DNA of 64,000 bases from Treponemataceae bacterium (lineage in GTDB: Bacteria; Spirochaetota; Spirochaetia; Treponematales; Rectinemataceae). Below the pieces are notes generated by a model. It did not search any database. It saw only the letters and a list, made by a program, of their open reading frames with translations, and had not been told where the DNA came from. Below, piece by piece: positions 47,227 through 55,316 of this stretch. Made by a program: the position numbers and the translations under genes. Numbering within the stretch: the stretch's first letter is position 1; every line of letters begins with the position of its first letter. The DNA lies in the NCBI GenBank assembly GCA_963677895.2, contig CAXXGJ010000038.1, forward strand, positions 416,001-480,000, in the 5' to 3' direction.

Positions 47227-48918
47227 ATGAAGCTAGTAATTATCGGAGGCGTGGCGGCAGGCGCGACAGCGGCGGCCAGGGCAAGAAGACTCGATGAGAC
47301 GGCCGAGATCACCCTCGTCGAAAAAGGCCCTTATGTATCGTTCGCGAACTGCGGCCTGCCCTATAGGCTCTCGGGCGATATAACCAAACGGAGCGCCCTC
47401 ATCCTGCAGACCGCCGAAGGATTCTTTTCCCGATATAAAGTCGACGTGGCCCTGAAGACCGAGGCCATAGCCATCGACAAGGCCGCGCGCTCCGTCCGCG
47501 TCCGCGGTCCCGAAGGCGAGCGCGATATCTCCTACGACAAGCTCATACTCGCCCAGGGCGGAACGCCCTTCGTGCCACCGGTCGAAGGCGTCGATTCGCC
47601 CAATGTTTTCCGCCTCTGGACCATCCCCGACATGGATGCCATCAACGCGTTCATTGCCGATACGGGAGCGAAATCCGCCATCGTTGTGGGCGGCGGCTTC
47701 ATCGGGCTCGAAACCGCCGAAGCCTTCATAAAGCGCGGCCTCTCGACCTCCATAGTGGAACTCACCGACCAGCTGATGCCGCCCGCCGACCCTGAATTCG
47801 GCGCTCAGATAGCGAAAGCCTTCATGGAGGCCGGAGCCGCCGTTTACACGAAGAAATCCATCAAGAAAATAGACTACGCCACCCATAGCGTCGAATTGAG
47901 CGACGGGACGAAGCTCGATGCCGATATAGTGCTCATGTCGGCCGGAGTGCGGCCCAACACCGAACTCGCCAAATCGGCGGGACTCGCGATCGGCGCTTCG
48001 GGCGGCCTTCTCGTCGACGAATTCCTCCGGACGAGCGACAAGGATATTTTTGCCGCCGGCGACATGGTGGAGCTGGTCAGAAGGGTGGATGGGGCCAAGG
48101 TCAGGATTCCGCTGGCGGGACCCGCGAACAGGCAGGGACGGATCGCGGCGACGAACGCCCTGGCGGGCTATGGGAATGCGCCGGGATACACCGGCGGCAT
48201 GAAAAAGTACGCCGGGGCCCTCGGCACCTCAGTGTTCAAGGCGGTGGACTATACCTTCGCCCAGACCGGACTCTCCGAAAAAGCCGCCAAGGCGGCGGGC
48301 ATCCAAGCCCGGGCAGTCCATGTCCACAGGGCTCATCATGCCAGCTATTACCCAGGCTACAAGGAACTATCGCTCAAGTTGGTCTATGCCGAGGACGGCA
48401 GGCTGCTCGGAGCACAGGCATTCGGCGAAGCCGGCGTGGAAAAGCGCATCGACGTGCTCGCCACCGCCCTCGCCGCGAGGATGAAGCTCTCCGATCTGGC
48501 CGAACTGGATCTTTCCTACGCCCCGCCCTATTCCAGCGCCAACGATCCCATACAGATGGCCACCTTCGCGGCCGAGAACGATCTCTCCGGCTACTCGCCC
48601 TTCGTATCCCCCCAAGAAGCGGCGCTCGCGGCGGCGGAAAATAAAAACGCCGTCACATTCCTCGATGTCAGGAATTTCGGCGAATACATGAAAGGCCACC
48701 TGGCCGGATCCCTTCACATTCCCCTCGACGAAATCCGGGACAGGCTGGAAGAAATCCCGAAAAACGCGAAGCTCCTCATCCTCTCCCTGGCCGGATTCGA
48801 AGGCCACCTGGCTTCCAGGATACTGCGGCAAAACGGCTTCAGCGCCCCGGTCTACGTTTCGGGAGGCATGACCAGCATGAGACTTTTTGGAGGCTTCGAA
48901 GAGATTGTCGGGGACTGA
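47227..48918 (+). CDS. CoA-disulfide/persulfide reductase-like flavoprotein with C-terminal rhodanese-homology domain
   Basis: GGVAAGA, SFANCGLPY, GGGFIGLE, PLAGPANRQGR, YAPPYS; C-terminal LDVR..EY..GH. Confidence 0.92.
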   Translation: MKLVIIGGVAAGATAAARARRLDETAEITLVEKGPYVSFANCGLPYRLSGDITKRSALILQTAEGFFSRYKVDVALKTEAIAIDKAARSVRVRGPEGERDISYDKLILAQGGTPFVPPVEGVDSPNVFRLWTIPDMDAINAFIADTGAKSAIVVGGGFIGLETAEAFIKRGLSTSIVELTDQLMPPADPEFGAQIAKAFMEAGAAVYTKKSIKKIDYATHSVELSDGTKLDADIVLMSAGVRPNTELAKSAGLAIGASGGLLVDEFLRTSDKDIFAAGDMVELVRRVDGAKVRIPLAGPANRQGRIAATNALAGYGNAPGYTGGMKKYAGALGTSVFKAVDYTFAQTGLSEKAAKAAGIQARAVHVHRAHHASYYPGYKELSLKLVYAEDGRLLGAQAFGEAGVEKRIDVLATALAARMKLSDLAELDLSYAPPYSSANDPIQMATFAAENDLSGYSPFVSPQEAALAAAENKNAVTFLDVRNFGEYMKGHLAGSLHIPLDEIRDRLEEIPKNAKLLILSLAGFEGHLASRILRQNGFSAPVYVSGGMTSMRLFGGFEEIVGD

Positions 48919-49024
48919 GGAGGCTAGGCTTTCCCTTCGTCAGCGTTGCCGGGCAGAACTCGGCATGAGAATAGCGGCGCCGGACTTAACCAGGCGCCGC
49001 ACACTTTGAAACAAGGAGATTGGA

Positions 49025-49306
49025 ATGGGATTTTTCAACAGCGTGGAACAGAAAATCAAAGCCGGGGCCGTCGTCGTCGATGTCCGCAGTCAGGACGAAT
49101 TCGCGGACGAGCACTTCCCCAAGGCATTGAACATACCCGTCAACGAACTTTCGGCCAGAGCCGCGGAGATCGGCCCCAAAGACAAGCCCGTCGTGCTCTA
49201 CTGCGCCTCGGGGGCGCGGAGCGCCATGGGCGCCCGCATCCTCAAGTCTTTGGGCTTCGCCGACGTCGTCAACGCCGGCGGCCTCTCCGACATGCCCGGC
49301 TTCTAG
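49025..49306 (+). CDS. single-domain rhodanese
   Basis: VDVRS..EF...H, YCASGARS, NAGG. Confidence 0.92.
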   Translation: MGFFNSVEQKIKAGAVVVDVRSQDEFADEHFPKALNIPVNELSARAAEIGPKDKPVVLYCASGARSAMGARILKSLGFADVVNAGGLSDMPGF

Positions 49307-49307
49307 C

Positions 49308-50372
49308 CTACTTGCCTACTTTTATTTCCTGCCACGCGGCATTGTACTTCTCGAGATCGGCGCCCACGTCCTTCTTGAGTTCGCAGGGGACGAGAGACTC
49401 GGCCGTGTAATAGCTCGGCCCTTTCTTGAGCGCTCCCGCGGCCGAATTGCCCGTGGCGGGGAAACCAAAAGCGTCGCAGAATTCGGCATAGATCTCCGGC
49501 CGGTGGATGAAGTCTATGAACTTCATCGCCATATCCTTGTTTTTCGAATTCTTGAGGATGACCATGGAATCGATGTAGCTGGGACCGCCTTCTTTCGGAA
49601 TGAAGAAATCGATTTCGCCCCAACGACTCTGGTCTAGTTCCGCATAGATCGATTCCGCGTACCCTTGAGCCACCCAAACCTCGCCCGCCGCGAAGTTCTT
49701 AGCGAAAGCCTCGGCGTCGAACTTGAGGAGATTGGGTTTCCATACATCGTTCACCAGGACTTTGGCCTTCTCTATCTCCGCCACATCCACCGTGTTGACC
49801 GAATACCCGAGATATTTCAGCGCGTCGCCCAATACTTCACGCATATCGTCCAGCATGATCATCTTTCCAGCCAGATCCTTGCGCCCGAAAATGGACCATG
49901 ACTTTTCGTATTCGGGAACCTTGGTCTTGTTGACGGCCACGCCGGCCGCGCCCATGTAATAAGGAATCGAGTATTCGTTGCCCGGATCGAAATCGCTCTT
50001 CGCGAGCACGTCGGGCGCGATGTTGCCATAATTCTTGAGCGCCGCGTGGTCTATCTTCTGGAGCATCTTCTCCTTGATCATGATCGAGACATAGTCGCCC
50101 GAGGGAAAGCAGAGGTCGTAATTGGCGCCGCCGGCCTTCAGCTTGGCGAACATCTCCTCGTTGGACGCGAAGGAGTCGTACACCACATCGACGCCGTATT
50201 CCTTCTCGAATTTTTCAATGACCGAGTCCGGCGTGTAGTAGGTCCAGTTAAAGATGTACAGTTTTTTAGACGATTTTGCGTCGCCACCCGAACAGCCGCT
50301 GAACACAAGCACCAAAGCGAGGAGAAGCAGCGCCGAAAGATCGAGTCTCATGGCGCGGAGGATGTTTTTCAT
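49308..50372 (-). CDS. potD: spermidine/putrescine ABC transporter substrate-binding lipoprotein
   Basis: Lipobox FSGC, FNWTYY, SNEEM.AKL, PSGDY, PKEG. Confidence 0.92.
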   Translation of the reverse strand: MKNILRAMRLDLSALLLLALVLVFSGCSGGDAKSSKKLYIFNWTYYTPDSVIEKFEKEYGVDVVYDSFASNEEMFAKLKAGGANYDLCFPSGDYVSIMIKEKMLQKIDHAALKNYGNIAPDVLAKSDFDPGNEYSIPYYMGAAGVAVNKTKVPEYEKSWSIFGRKDLAGKMIMLDDMREVLGDALKYLGYSVNTVDVAEIEKAKVLVNDVWKPNLLKFDAEAFAKNFAAGEVWVAQGYAESIYAELDQSRWGEIDFFIPKEGGPSYIDSMVILKNSKNKDMAMKFIDFIHRPEIYAEFCDAFGFPATGNSAAGALKKGPSYYTAESLVPCELKKDVGADLEKYNAAWQEIKVGK

Positions 50373-50402
50373 GAAAACCCTCCTTGTTGGGATAGAGCCA
50401 CC

Positions 50403-51281
50403 TCAACGGGCGGCAAAAACCTTCAGGAAATTCCTCAACGGATAGACGAGGAGCACCGTGCCCGCGACCATGACGGCCGACAGCGCGTTGACGACGGGCG
50501 ATACCCCAAATCTAATCATGGAATAAATATACAGAGGCAAGGTCGTCGCCCCCGGGCCCGACACGAAAAAGGTGATGACAAAGTCTTCCAGCGACAGCGT
50601 GATGGCGGTGAGAAAAGCCGAAGCTATGCCGGGCAGCGCCATCGGGATGATAACCCTGAACAGGGTCTGAAGTTCGGAGGCGCCCAGGTCGCGGGCCGCC
50701 TCGACGATCGTGGGATCCGATTCCTCCAGCCTCGCCGAAACGAGCAGATAGACAAAGGGAATGTTGAAGGTGGTGTGGGCGATCCACACTGTCATCATGC
50801 CGAGCTGCAGGCCGATGCCGGCAAAGAATATGAGAAGGGAGACGCCGACGACGATTTCGGGCAGGATCATCGGGATGAAGCTCATCGTGGCCACGTATGA
50901 TTTCAGCTTGAACGAATAGCGGGCGGTGCCCACCGCGGCGAGCGTTCCCAGGACTGTAGCCATGAGGGCGCTCGAAAAGGCTATGATCACGGAATTCTGG
51001 AAGGCTTTCCACAGGTCGGGGGAGTCCATGAAGAGCTTCTGATACCAGACGAAGGAAAAGCCCGTCCACTCGCCCGACCTCGACTTGTTGAAGGAATAGG
51101 CGATGAGGACGACAAGGGGCATGAAGAGAAAGCCGATGACGATCCAGTAGATGATATTCGAGCCGAGTGCCTTTTTCGGCACCAGCTTGATGGCCGCCTT
51201 GGCGCCCTTCCTCACGATTCGCCTGGCGTGAAAGAGCGCGGCGATCCTCAATGGCCCGAACTTATGGATGCGGGCGGCCAT
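50403..51281 (-). CDS. potC: spermidine/putrescine ABC transporter permease
   Basis: YSFN, PEIV, EAARDLGA, SLEDFVITFF, TLPLYIYSMIR. Confidence 0.92.
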   Translation of the reverse strand: MAARIHKFGPLRIAALFHARRIVRKGAKAAIKLVPKKALGSNIIYWIVIGFLFMPLVVLIAYSFNKSRSGEWTGFSFVWYQKLFMDSPDLWKAFQNSVIIAFSSALMATVLGTLAAVGTARYSFKLKSYVATMSFIPMILPEIVVGVSLLIFFAGIGLQLGMMTVWIAHTTFNIPFVYLLVSARLEESDPTIVEAARDLGASELQTLFRVIIPMALPGIASAFLTAITLSLEDFVITFFVSGPGATTLPLYIYSMIRFGVSPVVNALSAVMVAGTVLLVYPLRNFLKVFAAR

Positions 51282-52195
51282 CAGCGTCCTCCCGCGGCAT
51301 TGCCGGCAAGTCCGTTCTGACCGGTGCCGCCGGACGACGAGGCGAGCGGATCCATATCCTTCTCGATATGGTGTTCCTTGGGTTTCCTCAGCGCGAAAAG
51401 GAATACGGAAATGGCGGTGAGGAGGGTTACCGTCATGGAGATCGCCGAAGCCAGCGGCCAGTTCCGCGTCTTCGTCAGCTGGTCGGCTATGACATTGCCG
51501 AGCATGTAGGAATCCTTGCCTCCGATAAGGAGGGGCACGGCGTAAGCGCCGAATATCGGGATGAAGGTGAAGAGGATGGAGGTGACGATGCCGCCCTTGA
51601 TGTTGGGGAGCATCACCTTTATGTACGACTGCATCTTGGAGGCGCCGAGATCGCGGGCAGCCTCGAGCAGCGTGAAATCGAACTTATCGATGGTCGAGAA
51701 GAGCGGGAGAATGGCGTAGGGAAGATACATGTAGACCAGGACAAGGACGACGGCTCCCTGGTTGTAGAGGAACTGGACTCCTTCGGGCCTGAATCCGAGA
51801 AACCGAAGCGCCTGGTTGACGAAACCTTCGTTCCCCAGGATGGCGATCCACGCGTAGCAGCGGACGAGAAAGTTCGTCCAGAAGGGGACGATGACGAGAA
51901 AGAGCCTCAGCGCCTGGTTTTTCGAACGGGCGATGCTGTAGCCACAGGGCAAGGCGATGAGCATCGTGATGAGAGTGGCCACGAAGGACATCCACAGGGT
52001 TCTCAAGGTTACGAGGAGAAGCGTCGGGTTGGCCATGTCTGTGTATGCCTGCAGACTGAGGTGGAGTTCGACGCCGCCGTAGAGTCCTTTTTTGAGGAAG
52101 GAGTACGCGATGATGATGAGCAGAGGCGCCGCGAAGAAAACCGTCAGCCACAATGCCTGGGGCGCGGTGTAAGCCATGCCATAGTTGCGCTTCAT
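51281..52195 (-). CDS. potB: spermidine/putrescine ABC transporter permease
   Basis: PFWTNFLVR, YLPYAILP, EAARDLGA, NWPLASA. Confidence 0.92.
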   Translation of the reverse strand: MKRNYGMAYTAPQALWLTVFFAAPLLIIIAYSFLKKGLYGGVELHLSLQAYTDMANPTLLLVTLRTLWMSFVATLITMLIALPCGYSIARSKNQALRLFLVIVPFWTNFLVRCYAWIAILGNEGFVNQALRFLGFRPEGVQFLYNQGAVVLVLVYMYLPYAILPLFSTIDKFDFTLLEAARDLGASKMQSYIKVMLPNIKGGIVTSILFTFIPIFGAYAVPLLIGGKDSYMLGNVIADQLTKTRNWPLASAISMTVTLLTAISVFLFALRKPKEHHIEKDMDPLASSSGGTGQNGLAGNAAGGR

Positions 52196-53295
52196 GACGC
52201 GTTCTTCTCCACGATCACCAGATCGCGCGCGCTGAACGACAGGAAGACTTCATCCTTCCACTCGATGTCGGGGATGCCCTCAGACCAGTTGGCGTGCTGG
52301 CGGAAAATGGTGATCCGCGATCCCGCGTCGGTCCGCACGACGTATTTTGTCTGAAAACCGGAATAGACCGGCTCTTCCACGATGCCGTGGACGACATTGA
52401 GTTCCTTTCCCGACGGTTTGTCGTTGGTGATGCGGATTTTTTCCGGCCTGATCGTCACGATGATTCTGTCGCCCACATCGACCGGTGTTTCGTCGTCGAC
52501 GAGCATCTCGCCGAAGGCTTCGGCGTCCATGACATTGAGCGTACCCTCTCTCGAAAGCACCCTGCCCTGAAAGACATTGGCCTCGCCTATGAACCTCGCC
52601 ACGAACTCCGTGGCCGGATTTTCGTAGATCTGCTGCGGCGAGCCCACCTGGAGGACGTTCCCCGCGTTCATGACGGCTATCCTATCGGAGACCGAAAGCG
52701 CTTCCTGCTGATCGTGGGTGACGTAGATGAAGGTGATGCCGACCTTGTCGTGGATGGAATCCAGCTCCATGAGCATGTGCTGCCTGAGCTTGGCGTCCAG
52801 CGCCGAAAGAGGCTCGTCGAGAAGGAGGACGGAGGGTTCGTTGATGAGCGCCCTCGCTATGGCGACCCTCTGCTTCTGCCCGCCCGACAGCTGGCTCGGC
52901 TTCTTTTCGGCATGGCTCTCGAGCTGCACGAGGGAGAGATATTTCATCACGAGCTCTTTGATAAGCCTGTTCGGAGTCTTCTTTATGCGCAGGGGAAAAG
53001 CCACGTTTTCGTATACGCTGAGATGAGGAAAGAGGGCGTAGCTCTGAAAAACCGTGTTGCAGCGCCTTTTGTCCGGCGGAAGCCCCGACACGTCGGTCCC
53101 GTCTATGCTTATGATCCCCGAGTCGGGTTCTTCAAATCCCGCGATCGCCCGGAGCAGGGTTGTCTTCCCGCAGCCGGAAGGGCCCAGGAGGGAGAAGAAT
53201 TCGCCTTTGTGGATATCCAGGCTGACATCTTTCAGCGCGCTGAAGGTGCCGAAGGACTTGGATACGTTTGAAACGGTAACATCCGATCCTTTCAC
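52192..53295 (-). CDS. potA: spermidine/putrescine ABC transporter ATP-binding protein
   Basis: GPSGCGKTT, VFQSYALFPHL, LSGGQKQR, VTHDQQEAL, TOBE domain; GTG start with GGAG SD. Confidence 0.95.
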   Translation of the reverse strand: MKGSDVTVSNVSKSFGTFSALKDVSLDIHKGEFFSLLGPSGCGKTTLLRAIAGFEEPDSGIISIDGTDVSGLPPDKRRCNTVFQSYALFPHLSVYENVAFPLRIKKTPNRLIKELVMKYLSLVQLESHAEKKPSQLSGGQKQRVAIARALINEPSVLLLDEPLSALDAKLRQHMLMELDSIHDKVGITFIYVTHDQQEALSVSDRIAVMNAGNVLQVGSPQQIYENPATEFVARFIGEANVFQGRVLSREGTLNVMDAEAFGEMLVDDETPVDVGDRIIVTIRPEKIRITNDKPSGKELNVVHGIVEEPVYSGFQTKYVVRTDAGSRITIFRQHANWSEGIPDIEWKDEVFLSFSARDLVIVEKNAS

Positions 53296-53406
53296 CGCTC
53301 CACGTCTCCTTTATGCATTAATATGTTCACAGCAAGGTATAGTATCAGAGAAGTTCGGGGTCAATATCCAAACGTATCTTTATTCGAAAACTTTTCGGCG
53401 GCTCAA

Positions 53407-53483
53407 GCTCGCTTCAGGCTCGCTCGGGGCGCACTTCGGATTCGCTTCGAGCGCGCTTAGGGCTCACTTCAGGCTCGTTTCAA
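53407..53483. repeat. degenerate 11-bp tandem repeat, 7 units
   Basis: GCTCGCTTCAG GCTCGCTCGGG GCGCACTTCGG ATTCGCTTCGA GCGCGCTTAGG GCTCACTTCAG GCTCGTTTCAA. Confidence 0.75.
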
Positions 53484-55140
53484 GCTGGGCGAACACTTTC
53501 CGGACGATTTCCTCGGCTTCCCGGCCCAGCTGGGAGGATTCCCGGCTCAGGGAAGCGGAAAAGGCCTCGTCCGAAATGGAACCCAGGTTTATCCGAACAT
53601 TGAGGAGGGCGCCATCCAGACCGGCCTTGGCCATGAGAACGCCGACAGCGCCGTCGGTCACGGAATTCCTGTTCCCCTTCTCCACGGCGAGGAGGCAATG
53701 CCGCATCGCCTCCAGACAGGTCCTGGCTGTTCCCATGGGGACGAGGGCCGCGGTCCTGTTCGCTTCATCCATCCTGCCGGCGCGGAGGGCCTTTTGCGCC
53801 TCGCTGCCCTTGGGGAGGCGGGCGGCTTCGAGCACGGCGTCGAAAGCCTCGGTGTCGCGGTCGACGGCGTCCAGAAGCTCGTCCTTGGTGCGCTGGGCCG
53901 CGGCCGCCATGGCCGCCAGGGCCGCGTAGTGCTCCTCGTAGCCTTTTTTGCCAGCGGTCAGGTTTCCCACCATGGCGGCCAGGGCGGCGCCCATGGAACC
54001 GGCCAGGGCGGCCACCGAACCGCCGCCCGGCGCGGGCGAGTCGCTCGCGACTTCGTCGACGAAATCCACCACCGAGAGGGAGACGAGACGGCCTTTTCCC
54101 GCGTAGGCCCACTCCACGACCTTGTGTCCCGCGTCGAAGGAACTCACCGATTCGAGCCCCAGGGACTGCACGGCTACCTCGACAAGCTCTTTATCGGACA
54201 GCCCGGGACTTTTGCCCATTTTTCGCAGAAAATGGCGGCCGCAGTCCGTTATGGCCTTGAGGGGTATGAGGCCGACAAGCTCCGAACCGGTAGCGAAAAG
54301 ACCGCGTTTATCCGCCTCTTCCCGTATGATTTCGTATACTTCATAAAGCGGGGTTGTGTTGTAGTCGAGCAGATTCACCGAAACCTGGGCGCAGCGGTAC
54401 TGTTCTATGTACCAGCCTATGGCGCGAACGGCCCTGAGGCGGCCCGGAACACGGATGGCGTTGCCCGCGGCGTCCACGGCGGCGCTGCCGTCGGGATTCT
54501 TCGCGGCGCGGCCGCCCTCCCTCACCGTGAGGGCTATGTCGTTGGCGAGTTTCTTGTCCCTGGTGTTGAGGTTGACGTTGTAGGCGATGAGGAATTCGCG
54601 GGCGCCGGTCACCGTCGCGCCCCAGCGGGCGTCGAAAAGCGCGGGACCGAAGTCCGGTACCCATTCGGGATCGCGAAGCTTGGCTTCGAGGCCTTCGTAT
54701 TCGCCGGCCCGGACATCAGCGAGGCTGACGCGGGAAGGCCTGGAGGCGGCTTTTTCGTAAAGGTAGACGGGAAGGCCCAGTTCCTCGGCGAGACGGGCGC
54801 CGAACTGACGCGCCAGGTCGGCGCATTCCTCGAGGGTGATGCCCGATACGGGCACGAAGGGGCAGACGTCCAGGGCGCCTATGCGCGGATGGGCGCCCGC
54901 GTGGCTCCGCATGTCTATGAGGCCCCGAGCCTCGCGGGCGCCCGCGAGGGCCGCCTCCACCACCGCCTCGGGCGAGCCGACGAAGGTGTACACCGTGCGG
55001 TTCGTATCGGCGCCGGGGTCCACATCCAGGAGTTTAACATTGGCTATGGCGCGGATGGCTTCCGCTATCGCCTCGATTTTTTTCTTGTCACGGCCTTCGG
55101 AAAAATTGGGGACACATTCGACAACGGCGTTTTCCGTCAT
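53464..55140 (-). CDS. ftcd: bifunctional glutamate formimidoyltransferase / formimidoyltetrahydrofolate cyclodeaminase
   Basis: ECVPNFSEGR, TNRTV, HPRIGALDVCPF, GAREFLIAYN; C-terminal SPAPGGGSVAA, NVRINL. Confidence 0.95.
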   Translation of the reverse strand: MTENAVVECVPNFSEGRDKKKIEAIAEAIRAIANVKLLDVDPGADTNRTVYTFVGSPEAVVEAALAGAREARGLIDMRSHAGAHPRIGALDVCPFVPVSGITLEECADLARQFGARLAEELGLPVYLYEKAASRPSRVSLADVRAGEYEGLEAKLRDPEWVPDFGPALFDARWGATVTGAREFLIAYNVNLNTRDKKLANDIALTVREGGRAAKNPDGSAAVDAAGNAIRVPGRLRAVRAIGWYIEQYRCAQVSVNLLDYNTTPLYEVYEIIREEADKRGLFATGSELVGLIPLKAITDCGRHFLRKMGKSPGLSDKELVEVAVQSLGLESVSSFDAGHKVVEWAYAGKGRLVSLSVVDFVDEVASDSPAPGGGSVAALAGSMGAALAAMVGNLTAGKKGYEEHYAALAAMAAAAQRTKDELLDAVDRDTEAFDAVLEAARLPKGSEAQKALRAGRMDEANRTAALVPMGTARTCLEAMRHCLLAVEKGNRNSVTDGAVGVLMAKAGLDGALLNVRINLGSISDEAFSASLSRESSQLGREAEEIVRKVFAQLETSLK

Positions 55141-55256
55141 GGGGAACTCCATCCATCCTGGTATGTCCATCGCGGAAAGCTGATGGAACTGAGCCCCCAT
55201 TATGGACGATTTTTCCCCATATGGCTATATGGAAAAGGCTGGCATCCCGGCGCGAA

Positions 55257-55294
55257 AAGGGCCTGTCCGGGAATCATTTCCCGGACAGGCCCTT
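55257..55294. repeat. palindromic intergenic repeat copy C / probable deaD terminator
   Basis: AAGGGCCTGTCC-GGGAATCATTTCCC-GGACAGGCCCTT, perfect 17-bp stem. Confidence 0.8.
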
Positions 55295-55316
55295 CCCTTA
55301 AGCGCGACCGCGACTA

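Noticed and set aside
48974..49000. Hairpin GCGGCGCC...GGCGCCGC between the reductase and rhodanese genes as SECIS or ncRNA
   Set aside because: No in-frame UGA at a catalytic position; most simply an intercistronic stabilising stem.
53407..53483. CRISPR or iteron interpretation of the 11-bp array
   Set aside because: No spacers, units too short and degenerate, no cas or rep gene nearby.
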